Below, in pieces: positions 8,521 to 18,865 of a stretch of DNA of 64,000 bases. Origin of the DNA: Staphylococcus sp. (GTDB lineage Bacteria > Bacteroidota > Bacteroidia > Bacteroidales > Muribaculaceae); assembly GCA_023665865.1 (NCBI GenBank), contig JAMPDC010000001.1, positions 1,649,910-1,713,909 of the forward strand, written 5' to 3'. The notes beneath the pieces were generated by a model that was not told where the DNA came from, did not search any database, and saw only the letters and a list, made by a program, of their open reading frames with translations. The translations under genes were made by a program, and so were the position numbers. Position 1 is the stretch's first letter, and each line of letters opens with the position of its first letter.

Positions 8521-9813
8521 TTAGCCCATGAACATTGATTCGAGTGCATAGACAGCGATGCCGGCGATGTAGCCGACGAAGGCGATCCATGTGAACTTCT
8601 TGAGATACCAACCGAAGCTGATTTTCTCGAGGCCCATGACCACGACACCTGCCGCGGAACCGATGATGAGCATCGAGCCGCCGACTCCGGCACAGTAAGC
8701 GAGAAGTTGCCAGAAGAGTCCGTCGCATGCAAAGTCGCCGGTCTGTGCGATAGGATACATCTCCATGCAGCCTGCGACAAGAGGCACGTTGTCGACGATG
8801 CTTGAGACGACACCGATGACACCGGTGACGAGGTAGTGGTTGCCGTCGGAAACCTCGTTGAGCCACTGTCCGAAGGCTGTGAGCACGCCGGTCTCCTGAA
8901 GTGTTGCTACGGCGAGGAGGATACCGAGGAAGAACATGATGGTGGCGAGGTCGATGCGTGAGAGAAGGTTGGCCACTCTCATGCGGCTGCTTTCGGCCAG
9001 ACCAGCACGGTGGTTGATGAATTCAGTGATACACCACAGGACGCCAAGCGCGAGAAGGATGCCCATGAAGGGGGGCAGGCCGGTGAGCATACGGAAAATA
9101 GGTACGAAGATCAGGCCGCCCACGCCGAAGAAGAGGATGAGCTTGCGGTCGGCCGGTGAGGTGGATGATTCTTCTTTTCCCTCTTCCTTTTTGGGTGCGA
9201 CGACGTCTCCCTTAAGATAAAGAGATACACACAGCGCAGAAACCACGACAGATACAATCGAGGGAATGATGAGTTGGGAGATGACTCCACCTGTTGAGAT
9301 CATGCCTTTGATCCAGAGCATGATGGTGGTCACGTCGCCGATCGGCGAGAAGGCACCGCCGGCGTTGGCAGCGATGATGATGATGCCTCCGTAGATCATG
9401 CGGTCTTTATGGTCTTCGATAAGTTTGCGGAGCACCATGATCATCACGATCGAAGTCGTGAGGTTATCGAGGATAGCCGATAGGATAAATGTCATGGCAG
9501 TGATGCGCCATAGGAGAGCTTTCTTGCTCTTGGTTGCGAGTGCATCGTGGACGAAATAGAAGCCACCGTTGGCGTCGACAATCTCAACGATGGTCATCGC
9601 TCCCATCAGGAAGAAGAGTATCTCACATGTCTCGCCCAGATGATGGAGCAGGAGGTTTGAGGTTTCCGACTCTCCGCCTATGCCACAGGCATAGAGGGTC
9701 CAGCAGACAACGCACATCAGGAGTGCGGGCACGGCTTTGTTGACTTTCAATACGCTTTCAAGCGCGATACACAGGTAGCCGAGGATAAAAAATATTACAA
9801 TAGCAGTTACCAT
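8521..9813 (-). CDS. nhaD: NhaD-family Na+/H+ antiporter
   Basis: LDNLTT, AANAGGAFSPIGDVTT, VDNVPLVA and GGSMLIIGSAAGV motifs. Confidence 0.9.
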   Translation of the reverse strand: MVTAIVIFFILGYLCIALESVLKVNKAVPALLMCVVCWTLYACGIGGESETSNLLLHHLGETCEILFFLMGAMTIVEIVDANGGFYFVHDALATKSKKALLWRITAMTFILSAILDNLTTSIVMIMVLRKLIEDHKDRMIYGGIIIIAANAGGAFSPIGDVTTIMLWIKGMISTGGVISQLIIPSIVSVVVSALCVSLYLKGDVVAPKKEEGKEESSTSPADRKLILFFGVGGLIFVPIFRMLTGLPPFMGILLALGVLWCITEFINHRAGLAESSRMRVANLLSRIDLATIMFFLGILLAVATLQETGVLTAFGQWLNEVSDGNHYLVTGVIGVVSSIVDNVPLVAGCMEMYPIAQTGDFACDGLFWQLLAYCAGVGGSMLIIGSAAGVVVMGLEKISFGWYLKKFTWIAFVGYIAGIAVYALESMFMG

Positions 9814-10038
9814 TTTGTAGATGAATTATTTCATGGTTTATAGGTAGTTGAACGTATTTGCGACTCGTTTCTTGCAGGTTGGATTTCAGCAACCTTAAAA
9901 AATGGCTATTTCGTGCAAAGGTCGCAATTAAACTCCGGACTTCAAAATTTGAGAAAGTGAAATAATGTTGCCGGTCGATATTTAGTAAGAAAAAATCGTT
10001 ATATTTGTTGTTAGTAACGACAAAGACATAAAGAAAAT

Positions 10039-10827
10039 ATGAAACTTGACATACGGCATGAAGCGATGACACTCTATCTCCAGCCCCTCCGCGAAGGCGG
10101 GTCGCTGCCGGGATTGGTCGAGGCTTCAGACGGATTTAAATATGTGGCGAAGTTCCGGGGTGCCGGTCATGGGACCAAGGCTCTCATAGCTGAGTTTATC
10201 GGATCGGAACTGGCGAGGGCTGCGGGTTTCCGTGTCCCGGAGCTGGTGATGCTTGATCTTGATGAGGATTTTGGCCGCACGGAGGGTGATGAGGAGATTC
10301 AGGATCTGCTCCGGGGGAGCACAGGGCTCAATCTCGGGGTGCATTTCCTCTCCGGAGCCATGACCTGGGATGTGATAGCCAACCACACCGATGCACTGAC
10401 AGCCTCGTCGCTCGTGTGGCTCGATGCGTTTCTGACCAACATCGACCGCACCGCGCGCAATACCAACATGCTTCTGTGGAACCGCGAGCTTTGGCTCATT
10501 GACCAAGGCGCGTCGCTCTACTTCCACCATGCGTGGTCCGATTGGGAGAAAGCCGCACTCAGCCCTTTCCCATACGTCAAAGACCATGCGCTGCTGGCGG
10601 AGGCGTCGATGCTGCCGGAAGCTGCCGAAAGGATGCTGGAGCGGATTACTCCGGAGGTTATTGACACTGTTGTCGATGCTGTCCCCTCGGACTGGCTTGA
10701 AGCTTCCGGCTCGCCGGCCACGGTCGCCGAACAGCGCGATGTCTACCGTAATTTTCTGAAAACACGATTGTCAAATTCTGAAATTTTTACCAACCATGCC
10801 ATTGCAACCCGACAGACACTTGTATGA
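10039..10827 (+). CDS. HipA-like (PI3/4-kinase fold) kinase
   Basis: Gly loop REGGSLP, YVAKF lysine, AEFIG glutamate, catalytic loop NIDRTARNTN, DFG-like LIDQG. Confidence 0.8.
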   Translation: MKLDIRHEAMTLYLQPLREGGSLPGLVEASDGFKYVAKFRGAGHGTKALIAEFIGSELARAAGFRVPELVMLDLDEDFGRTEGDEEIQDLLRGSTGLNLGVHFLSGAMTWDVIANHTDALTASSLVWLDAFLTNIDRTARNTNMLLWNRELWLIDQGASLYFHHAWSDWEKAALSPFPYVKDHALLAEASMLPEAAERMLERITPEVIDTVVDAVPSDWLEASGSPATVAEQRDVYRNFLKTRLSNSEIFTNHAIATRQTLV

Positions 10828-11185
10828 ATATTCCGTAGTCCGTTTTCTCCCCAGAGTAGAGCGGGAGGAGTTTGTCAACATCGGGCTTGTGATGATGTGT
10901 AAAAGGCGCCGGTGGATAAAGGTCAGGTTTCAAGTCGATGAATCCCGGCTCAGATGTTTCTGTCCGGGAATTGACACGGAAGCCTTGTCGTGTCAGCTCG
11001 AGGCTTTCATGAAGGTGGCCGAGGGGTGTCGCGGGCCCATCGGAGAGCTTGAGCCTCACGAGCGTTTCCGATGGCTGACTGCGGTCAGAAGTGCCTGCCT
11101 GTCGACTTCGCGCCCGCATCCGGGACTGTGCGATGACCTTGAAAAAACATTCGACCACCTCTTTAGTGAGATGGTCGAAGTTTAG
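10796..11185 (+). CDS. DUF3037-like protein, overlapping the kinase gene
   Basis: YEYSVVRFLPRVEREEFVNIG...ERFRWLTA.RS...S.PHPG signature. The start could instead be TTG 10802. Confidence 0.8.
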   Translation: MPLQPDRHLYEYSVVRFLPRVEREEFVNIGLVMMCKRRRWIKVRFQVDESRLRCFCPGIDTEALSCQLEAFMKVAEGCRGPIGELEPHERFRWLTAVRSACLSTSRPHPGLCDDLEKTFDHLFSEMVEV

Positions 11186-11211
11186 CGGGAATAGTAAAGG
11201 GCCTGGTGCAA

Positions 11212-11559
11212 TTAATCACCTGAGATGGTTTCCTTCAGGCGTGACCACACTGAGGGCGATGCCATGCGTAGATGCACGTTTACTTCTGAGTTGGATTTGT
11301 TGAGGAAAATGATCGAATTTCGCAACACGAGCGCGATATAGTCCTCAAACTCGAGGATCTCATGTATATGTTTCAGCGGGATTGTTGCAAAGGGCGACGA
11401 AGGGTCGACACTACCGATGAAGAGGTCGTTTTCGTCAATGAAAATACCGTGGTTTTCCAGGGCATAGTCAAAAAGCAGACCGAAGTTGAGTTCGTCGGGC
11501 GAAGCGGGTGGGCGGTTATATTGCTTATAGATCTTTTCAATCAGTTTTTTCGTTACCAT
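11212..11559 (-). CDS. Hypothetical protein (115 aa)
   Basis: Clean ORF with an A/T-rich start context. No motif recognised. Confidence 0.65.
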   Translation of the reverse strand: MVTKKLIEKIYKQYNRPPASPDELNFGLLFDYALENHGIFIDENDLFIGSVDPSSPFATIPLKHIHEILEFEDYIALVLRNSIIFLNKSNSEVNVHLRMASPSVWSRLKETISGD

Positions 11560-11804
11560 ATCATTAGTCTATTTAGTGAAAGTGCCGGTGTCTCTACCGG
11601 ATGACTGTTCTTTTGTCTGACTGACTGTTCACGGTTTAGGTGATAACGTGAGTAGAGATGCTGATAACGTGATTGCGTCATAGCGCTCAGATGAATGTCT
11701 ATTATAGAAACAATCCTTTTGGATTAAGGTTTGCAGCAGACAGTAAAAAATCGTGGTAATAGACGGAAATTTTTCAACAACTAATGATTTTGTGTGTCAT
11801 TAGG

Positions 11805-11864
11805 AAAACACATGCAGGAGCACAAGTTTTAATATCACGATTAAAATTCATGCCCCTGCGTGTG
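11805..11864 (-). terminator. Terminator of the mmd operon
   Basis: Minus-strand hairpin cacacgcaggggcatgaattttaat...attaaaacttgtgctcctgcatgtg followed by tttt. Confidence 0.7.
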
Positions 11865-11883
11865 GATGTAGGGTATTTATCTC

Positions 11884-13038
11884 TTAAGCGAGGAATCCGA
11901 GGAGGACACCGGCTGCTACAGCCGAGCCGATCACACCGGCCACGTTGGGGCCCATGGCGTGCATCAGTAGGTAGTTGCTCGGGTCATATTCGAGACCGAG
12001 GTTGTTGGAGATACGGGCCGACATGGGCACGGCAGAAACGCCGGCGTTGCCGATGAGCGGGTTGATTTTCTTGGATTTCGGCAAGAAGAGGTTGAAGAAC
12101 TTCACGAAGAGGACACCGCTGGCCGATGCGATGATGAAGGCCATGAATCCGAGGAGGAAGATGCGGATAGTCTCTGAGGTGAGGAATTCGGATGCCTGGG
12201 TCGACGCGCCGACAGTCATACCGAGGAGGATGGTAACGATGTCGGTGAGAGCGTTGCTTGCGGTCTTGGCGAGACGGTTGGTGACACCACATTCGCGCAG
12301 GAGGTTACCGAAGAAGAGCATGCCGAGAAGGGGAAGGCCTGAGGGGACGACGAAGCAGGTGAGGATCATGCCCACGATGGGGAAGATGATCTTCTCGTTC
12401 TGCGACACGGCGCGGGCCGGTTTCATCTTGATGACACGTTCGTTTTTGGTCGTAAGCAGGCGCATCAGCGGTGGCTGGATCACAGGCACGAGGGCCATGT
12501 AGGAGTAGGCTGATACCGCGATCGCACCCATGAGGTTGGGGGCGAGCTTCGACGAGAGGAAGATTGCGGTGGGACCGTCGGCACCGCCGATGATGGCGAT
12601 CGCACCGGCCTGGTCGGGAGCAAAGCCAAGAAGGAGGGCGACCATGTAGGCGCCGAAGATGCCAAACTGCGCAGCGGCGCCGATGAGCATGAGTTTCGGA
12701 TTTGCGATGAGGGCCGAGAAGTCGGTCATGGCACCGATGCCGAGGAAGATAAGCGGGGGATACCACCCGGCGCTTACGCCATTGTAGAGAATATTGAGCA
12801 CAGATCCCTCTTCGTAGATGCCGATCTCAAGTCCGGCAGTGGTGTTGAAGGGGACGTTGCCGATAAGGATACCGAAGCCGATGGGCACGAGGAGCATCGG
12901 CTCAAAATTCTTCTTAATAGCGAGCCAGATGAAGAACAAGCCCACGAGCAGCATCACCAGATGTTCCCAAGTGGCGTTGTAGAAACCCGTCAGGTGCCAG
13001 AACTGCTGGAGGTTTTGATATAAGAATTCGCTAAACAT
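11884..13038 (-). CDS. mmdB: Na+-translocating decarboxylase beta subunit
   Basis: IIGGADGPT, AYSYMALVP, GVSAVPM and MGPNVAGVIGSA motifs. Confidence 0.93.
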   Translation of the reverse strand: MFSEFLYQNLQQFWHLTGFYNATWEHLVMLLVGLFFIWLAIKKNFEPMLLVPIGFGILIGNVPFNTTAGLEIGIYEEGSVLNILYNGVSAGWYPPLIFLGIGAMTDFSALIANPKLMLIGAAAQFGIFGAYMVALLLGFAPDQAGAIAIIGGADGPTAIFLSSKLAPNLMGAIAVSAYSYMALVPVIQPPLMRLLTTKNERVIKMKPARAVSQNEKIIFPIVGMILTCFVVPSGLPLLGMLFFGNLLRECGVTNRLAKTASNALTDIVTILLGMTVGASTQASEFLTSETIRIFLLGFMAFIIASASGVLFVKFFNLFLPKSKKINPLIGNAGVSAVPMSARISNNLGLEYDPSNYLLMHAMGPNVAGVIGSAVAAGVLLGFLA

Positions 13039-13104
13039 AGTGTTTGAAGTTACTTAGATGTGAGGTTGTCAAAAAGTGTGATGTTTTGGAGACACTCACT
13101 CTAT

Positions 13105-13539
13105 TTATTCGAGGGTCATGAGGGGAGCACCCTGGAGCACAGAGTCGCCTGCGCTCACGTTGATAGCTGCAACCTTTCCGTCGTGGCCGGCGTGGATGGC
13201 ATTTTCCATCTTCATGGCCTCAAGGACAGCTACGGTGTCTGAAGCCTTGACGGTATCGCCGACCTTTACGTTGATCGAGATGACCACACCGGGGAGGGGT
13301 GACTCGACAGCTACGCCGCCTGCCTTAACCTGGGGCTTGTTGATGACTTTGGCTCCACTCTCAGTGCGGGGAGCAGCGGAGGGACGGGGTGCCGACACGA
13401 TAGTGACGGGCTTTTCGGTCTTTTCGAGCTCCACTTTGTAGGGGACGCCGTTGACCTCGACCTGGGCGATGTTGTTGTCAATATCGCCGATTTTCACCGT
13501 GTAGGGGTTGCCGTTGATTCTATATTTATACTCTTTCAT
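13105..13539 (-). CDS. mmdC: Biotin carboxyl carrier subunit
   Basis: EAMKM biotinylation motif and an Ala/Pro linker. Confidence 0.92.
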   Translation of the reverse strand: MKEYKYRINGNPYTVKIGDIDNNIAQVEVNGVPYKVELEKTEKPVTIVSAPRPSAAPRTESGAKVINKPQVKAGGVAVESPLPGVVISINVKVGDTVKASDTVAVLEAMKMENAIHAGHDGKVAAINVSAGDSVLQGAPLMTLE

Positions 13540-13599
13540 TGCTTTTGATTGATGTTTCAGTAAATGAAGCTGATTCGGGGGGATTAATGGTGAGTCAAA

Positions 13600-14526
13600 T
13601 TAACGACGCGGAAGCTCGCGGAGGCTATAGATCTTAGAGCTCCAGGGAGAGTATGCGCGGCGCACCTTGTTGATGGTGAGGATAGTGCTTTCGCGGTCAT
13701 GTGCGTCAAGGTGCTCGGCGAGGGCTGCTGAGATTGCAGCGATCACTTCGCCGGAATCCTGCTCGTGGTGGTGAGACTCGGTCTCGCCGTCAGTGCCTGC
13801 GAGGGCCTGGACCTTGCGTTTGCGTGATACGGAGGCGCCGATGCTGTTGATGACATAGAAGCAGATCGAGAGGACAAGGAGGGCGGTGAAGACAATACAC
13901 ATTGCCATGACTGCCATAGCGAAGCCATGGGGATCATGCTCGGCAAAGCTGTCGACCTTGTTGTTGGTGCTCTTGATGATGTTGTTGCTCGAGGGAGTGA
14001 TGTAGAGCGATTCAGAACCGTCGCGCACTTCCCAGTCCTCGGCATTGTTGATGCCACCTTCGCCATCGACTTTGCGGGCGTATGACTGGCCGGGGAGGAG
14101 CGAACCGGGGATCACGATCTCGTCGATGAGGCTATTGCCGTCGGCGTCATAGATGGCGATATAGTTGTCCTGGCCGGGAGTAAAGACGAAATTGGTGTGG
14201 AATGTGCCTTTGTTGGGCTCGCCGTCAGCCCAGAAGAGGATGTGCTGGCGAGCGGGGATCTCGGTGTTGACATCGCCCAGAGGCACGGGGTAAAGCTTGT
14301 GGTTGTCACGGTCGTTGGTGAGGAAGACGCTTGAGATCTCAAGCGGGGCAAAGGTTGAGTTGTAGAGCTCAATCCAGGCCTGGTATCGTCCGAAATCGTC
14401 GACCACGCTTGTAGAGTCGTTGACGATCATCACCTCGTTGAGGCGAAGACCGCGACGGCCCTGTGCGGAGACGATCGAGACGCATGCGAGAGTCACCAAC
14501 AGCAGCGTTAAAAGTCTTTTTTTCAT
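13600..14526 (-). CDS. OadG/MmdD-family subunit with an N-terminal lamin-tail-like domain
   Basis: Signal peptide, then LNEVM...WIELYN (LTD-like), then a TM helix (AMCIVFTALLVL), EVIAAISAAL and SPWSSK tail. Confidence 0.82.
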   Translation of the reverse strand: MKKRLLTLLLVTLACVSIVSAQGRRGLRLNEVMIVNDSTSVVDDFGRYQAWIELYNSTFAPLEISSVFLTNDRDNHKLYPVPLGDVNTEIPARQHILFWADGEPNKGTFHTNFVFTPGQDNYIAIYDADGNSLIDEIVIPGSLLPGQSYARKVDGEGGINNAEDWEVRDGSESLYITPSSNNIIKSTNNKVDSFAEHDPHGFAMAVMAMCIVFTALLVLSICFYVINSIGASVSRKRKVQALAGTDGETESHHHEQDSGEVIAAISAALAEHLDAHDRESTILTINKVRRAYSPWSSKIYSLRELPRR

Positions 14527-14620
14527 AACTTTTGTTGAGATGATTAGTAAGAGTTACAGGCTGTCCGCATCCGGCCTTCAGGCCGATAGCCTTGACGGAC
14601 CGGACACGGAAGTGACCCTC

Positions 14621-16174
14621 TTAGAGAGGTATATTGCCGTGCTTTTTGGCGGGGTTGACAACCTTTTTGGTAGCGAGCTGCTGGAGGGCACGGATGATGC
14701 GGAATCGGGTGTTGCGGGGCTCGATGACATCGTCGATATAGCCGTAGCGTGCTGCGTTGTAGGGGTTGCAGAAGAGTTTGTTGTATTCAGCTTCTTTTTC
14801 CTGGAGCACCTTGGCGGGATCTTCGGCAGCTTTTGCTTCCTTGGCGTAGAGGACTTCGACTGCACCTGCGCCACCCATCACTGCGATCTCTGCAGTAGGC
14901 CATGCGTAGTTCATGTCGCCGCGGAGCTGTTTGCACGACATCACGATGTGGCTGCCGCCGTAGCTCTTGCGGAGAGTCACGGTCACCTTGGGCACTGTAG
15001 CTTCGCCGTAAGCGTAGAGGAGTTTTGCACCGTGGAGGATGACACCGTTGTATTCCTGACCGGTACCGGGGAGGAAGCCGGGGACGTCGACGAGGGTGAC
15101 GAGAGGAATGTTGAAGGCGTCGCAGAAGCGCACGAAGCGGGCACCCTTGCGCGAAGCGTTGCTGTCGAGCACGCCGGCGAGGAATTTGGGCTGGTTGGCC
15201 ACTACGCCGACTGCCTGGCCGTTGAAGCGTGCGAAGCCGATGATGATATTCTTGGCATAGTCGCGCTGGATCTCGAGGAATTCACCGTTGTCGACGATGG
15301 CGTTGATGACCTCATACATGTCGTAGGGACGGTTGGCCGAGTCGGGGATGATTTCGTTGAGAGAATCCTCGAGGCGGTCGATGGGGTCGTTGCACTCAAC
15401 CAACGGGGGCTCTTCGAGGTTGTTCTGGGGAATGTAGCTGAAGAGTTTGCGGATGATGCGGAGGGTTTCCTCGCCGTCCTCAGCTGCGAAGTGGGCCACA
15501 CCGCTCTTCTGAGAGTGTACGGTAGCTCCACCGAGCACTTCCTGGCTCACGTCTTCGCCTGTCACGGTCTTGACGACCTTGGGACCGGTGAGGAACATGT
15601 AGCTGATGCCCTTGGTCATGATAGTGAAGTCGGTGAGAGCGGGAGAGTAGACGGCGCCACCTGCGCAGGGGCCGAGGATGCCTGAGATCTGGGGAATCAC
15701 ACCGGATGCGAGGATGTTGCGCTGGAAGATCTCTGCATAGCCTGCGAGGGCGTTGATACCTTCCTGTATACGTGCGCCACCCGAGTCGTTGAGACCGATG
15801 ACGGGAGCACCCATCTTCATGGCCATGTCCATGATCTTGCAGATCTTGAGGGCCATGGTCTCGCTCAGCGAGCCTCCGAATACGGTGAAGTCCTGAGCGA
15901 ATACATATACGAGACGTCCGTCAATAGTGCCGTAGCCGGTCACGACGCCATCGCCGAGATAGCTTTTCTTTTCCTGACCGAAGTTGTAGCAGCGGTGGCG
16001 GACAAACATGTCGATTTCCTCAAAAGAACCTTCGTCGAGAAGCTGGGCGATACGCTCGCGTGCGGTGTATTTGCCTCTCTCGTGCTGTTTCTGGATGGCT
16101 TTCTCGCCACCACCCAGGCGAGCTTCTTCGCGGAGGGCGATAAGCTCTTTTACTTTTTCAAGCTGGTTACTCAT
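14621..16174 (-). CDS. mmdA: Methylmalonyl-CoA decarboxylase alpha (carboxyltransferase) subunit
   Basis: [29 protein letters not shown] and KKHGNIPL motifs. Confidence 0.93.
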   Translation of the reverse strand: MSNQLEKVKELIALREEARLGGGEKAIQKQHERGKYTARERIAQLLDEGSFEEIDMFVRHRCYNFGQEKKSYLGDGVVTGYGTIDGRLVYVFAQDFTVFGGSLSETMALKICKIMDMAMKMGAPVIGLNDSGGARIQEGINALAGYAEIFQRNILASGVIPQISGILGPCAGGAVYSPALTDFTIMTKGISYMFLTGPKVVKTVTGEDVSQEVLGGATVHSQKSGVAHFAAEDGEETLRIIRKLFSYIPQNNLEEPPLVECNDPIDRLEDSLNEIIPDSANRPYDMYEVINAIVDNGEFLEIQRDYAKNIIIGFARFNGQAVGVVANQPKFLAGVLDSNASRKGARFVRFCDAFNIPLVTLVDVPGFLPGTGQEYNGVILHGAKLLYAYGEATVPKVTVTLRKSYGGSHIVMSCKQLRGDMNYAWPTAEIAVMGGAGAVEVLYAKEAKAAEDPAKVLQEKEAEYNKLFCNPYNAARYGYIDDVIEPRNTRFRIIRALQQLATKKVVNPAKKHGNIPL

Positions 16175-16225
16175 CTGTTGGGGATATGATAAGAATTTGG
16201 TGATATGATTTCTACTGGTCGATGA

Positions 16226-16648
16226 TTATTTCTTGTTGGGGTCCTCGCAGAGTTCGATGAGGGTGCCACAAGTCGATTTGGGGTGGAGGAAGGCAATGTT
16301 GAGGCCTTCGGCGCCTTTGCGGGGAGCCTTGTCGATGAGAGCGCAACCCTTTTCAGAGACTTCGGCGAGTGCGTTGGCTACGCCGTCTTCGATAGCGAAT
16401 GCGATGTGCTGGATGCCGCCGCGGCCGCCGTTTTTCTCGATGAATTTTGAGATAGCGCTTTCGGGGGCTGTGCCTTCGAGGAGCTCGATCTTGGTCTGAC
16501 CTACCTTGAAGAAGGCGGTGCGCACTTTCTGGTCTTCAACTTCTTCGATGGCAAAACATTTAAGGCCGAGGGTGTTTTCGTAGAATGCGATTGCTTCCTG
16601 AAGGTTGGGCACTGCGATGCCCACGTGTTCGATGTGTGAGATATCCAT
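16226..16648 (-). CDS. mce: Methylmalonyl-CoA epimerase
   Basis: Start MDISHIEHVGIAV (ATG 16648). GIQHIAF, FLHPKS and LIEL metal-ligand motifs. Confidence 0.93.
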   Translation of the reverse strand: MDISHIEHVGIAVPNLQEAIAFYENTLGLKCFAIEEVEDQKVRTAFFKVGQTKIELLEGTAPESAISKFIEKNGGRGGIQHIAFAIEDGVANALAEVSEKGCALIDKAPRKGAEGLNIAFLHPKSTCGTLIELCEDPNKK

Positions 16649-16961
16649 GATAGGGTGATTGGTTTGAATAGATTTATTCGTAAAACATTCGGTTAACTGT
16701 GAGAGCTGACGGCCTCCTCTCGTGGAGAGCTGGGCTTTCACCGTTGCAAATTTAAGGATAAAATCGTTTATGACAAATTTATAATTAACCAATAATTGAT
16801 TAATTCCGTATTATTTTGGGGATAATTCTGAATATGTTCGGCCAAAAGTGGAAGTCTATGTCATGTTTGGTCAGTTTTCGGGGTGTAGCGGATAGAAGAT
16901 GGTAAACAATATGCGTTTATGGAGCGTTGATAGGGAAGATTAATTAACAATATGAAAGATT

Positions 16962-17123
16962 ATGGAAAAATATGTATGCGAAGTTTGCGAATGGGTCTAT
17001 GACCCCGCTTTAGGAGACCCTGACAATGGTATCGAACCCGGCACATCGTTTGCCGATCTTCCCGACGATTGGGTGTGTCCCGTCTGCGGTGTCGGAAAGG
17101 ATGAGTTCAAACCTGTAGAATAA
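16962..17123 (+). CDS. Rubredoxin (53 aa; absent from the ORF track)
   Basis: My translation: [53 protein letters not shown]. Two CxxC motifs and LPDDWVCP. Confidence 0.97.
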   Translation: MEKYVCEVCEWVYDPALGDPDNGIEPGTSFADLPDDWVCPVCGVGKDEFKPVE

Positions 17124-17150
17124 ACAGAATTGACATAGAGCAAGAGCAAT

Positions 17151-17218
17151 AAAAAAGTCCGGAAACAACGGGACTGACACGCACATGGGTGCCGGTGGTG
17201 TTGTTTCCGGATTTTTTT
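17151..17218. terminator. Bidirectional terminator (rubredoxin / araB)
   Basis: aaaaaagtccggaaacaac ... gttgtttccggattttttt. Confidence 0.85.
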
Positions 17219-17254
17219 GTGTCCGCGCGGAAGCGGAGTGAGTTCTGACGGATC

Positions 17255-18853
17255 TTATGCCTTGGCTGCTACAGCTGCCTTTTCGATGGCGAGGCCGCGC
17301 TTATAGTTCTCGATGTAGACATTGAAACCTTCGACATCCTCCGGAGTCGGGGCGATTTCAGTGCCGGCGTCGCCGAGAAATACAGACTCGTTGAGGAAGC
17401 CTGCGAGTGACAGCGAGCGCTTGTTGTTGACAAGATATGAGGCGAGGAGTGCGATGCCCCATGCGCCACCTTCGCCGGCTGTCTCCATGACGGAGATTGG
17501 CGAGTTGAGGGCGGCGGCAAGGATGCGCTGGCCCACGCCTTTGGTCTTGAATAGACCTCCGTGGCCGGTGATGCGGTCGACTTCGACTTTCTCGTCATTG
17601 AAGAGGATGTCGTTGCCGATTTTCAACACGCATACAGAGGCATAGAGGTTGGCGCGCATGAAGTTTGCGAGGTTGAACTTGTCGGAAGCTGAACGGACAA
17701 ACAGCGGACGTCCCTCCTCGAGCCCTGTGATAGGCTCGCCTGAGAAGTAGTTGTAGGAGAGGAGGCCGCCGCAGTCAGCGTCGCCGTTGAGTGCGTTCTG
17801 GTAGAGCAGCCCATAGACTTGGTTCATGTCCACCGGGATGCCGAGAAGCTGCTGGTATTCCTTGAAGAGTCCTACCCAGGCGTTGAGGTCAGAGGTGCAG
17901 TTGTTGCAGTGCACCATGGCCACGAGGCTACCGTCGGGGGTGGTCACCATGTCGATCATTTCGTAGGGCTTCGAGAGCTCTTTCTCGAGAACGATCATTG
18001 AGAATGACGATGTGCCGGCCGAGACGTTGCCTGTGCGCTGGAGGACGGCGTTGGTAGCTACCATGCCTGTGCCAGCATCGCCTTCTGGGGGACAGAAGGG
18101 GATTCCGGCTTTGAGATGGCCGGAGACGTCGAGTCTGCGTGCTCCATCTTCGGTGAGGCAACCGGCGTTTTCACCGGCCACGAGCACTTCGGGCAGGATA
18201 TCGGCGAGTTTCCAGGGGAAGCCTTTGGGCGCTACGAGCTTGTCAAACTTCTCGACCATTGAGGTGTAGTAGTCTTTGGTCTCGGGGTCGATCGGAAGCA
18301 TGCCGGAGGCATCGCCTACGCCGAGCACCTTGCGTCCGGTGAGCTGCCAGTGGATGTAGCCGGCGAGTGTGGTGAAAAATTTGATTTCTTTCACGTGTGG
18401 CTCGCCATTTAGGATGGCCTGGTAGAGATGGGAAATGCTCCAACGGAGAGGGATGTTGTAGACGAAAAGCTCCGAGAGCTCGGCGGCCGCCTTGCCGGTA
18501 TTGGTGTTGCGCCAGGTGCGGAAGGGGACCAGGATTTCATCGGTGTCGCCGAAGGGCATGTAGCCGTGCATCATGGCGCTGATGCCGATGGCAGCGAGAT
18601 TTTCGATCTCAATGTCATATTCCTTGCGTACGTTTGCGCGGAGGTCGGCATAGCAGTCCTGGAGACCATACCAGATGGCTTCGGTGCTGTAGGTCCAGAG
18701 ACCGTCGGATAGCTGGTTTTCCCAGTCGTGACAGCCTTGGGCTATGGGGCGGTTCTCTTCATCGATGAGGACGGCCTTGATTCGGGTAGAGCCAAACTCG
18801 ATGCCGAGGATGGCCCTTCCCTGTTCAATGGTGGTCTTAGCTGCGGGATTCAT
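17255..18853 (-). CDS. araB: FGGY-family carbohydrate kinase (L-ribulokinase)
   Basis: [32 protein letters not shown] motifs. Lies directly after araA. Confidence 0.88.
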   Translation of the reverse strand: MNPAAKTTIEQGRAILGIEFGSTRIKAVLIDEENRPIAQGCHDWENQLSDGLWTYSTEAIWYGLQDCYADLRANVRKEYDIEIENLAAIGISAMMHGYMPFGDTDEILVPFRTWRNTNTGKAAAELSELFVYNIPLRWSISHLYQAILNGEPHVKEIKFFTTLAGYIHWQLTGRKVLGVGDASGMLPIDPETKDYYTSMVEKFDKLVAPKGFPWKLADILPEVLVAGENAGCLTEDGARRLDVSGHLKAGIPFCPPEGDAGTGMVATNAVLQRTGNVSAGTSSFSMIVLEKELSKPYEMIDMVTTPDGSLVAMVHCNNCTSDLNAWVGLFKEYQQLLGIPVDMNQVYGLLYQNALNGDADCGGLLSYNYFSGEPITGLEEGRPLFVRSASDKFNLANFMRANLYASVCVLKIGNDILFNDEKVEVDRITGHGGLFKTKGVGQRILAAALNSPISVMETAGEGGAWGIALLASYLVNNKRSLSLAGFLNESVFLGDAGTEIAPTPEDVEGFNVYIENYKRGLAIEKAAVAAKA

Positions 18854-18865
18854 CTGTCGGTCAGC

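Noticed and set aside
11602-11672. Short repeats as a mini CRISPR array
   Set aside because: The repeats are only 9-11 bp with ~10-bp spacers, and there are no cas genes.
14420-15685. 421-aa plus-strand ORF antisense to mmdA
   Set aside because: Shadow ORF produced by the codon bias of the real gene. No motifs and no start context.
16905-16954. AACAATATG direct repeat upstream of rubredoxin
   Set aside because: A 9-bp match in AT-rich DNA is too weak to call a regulatory site.
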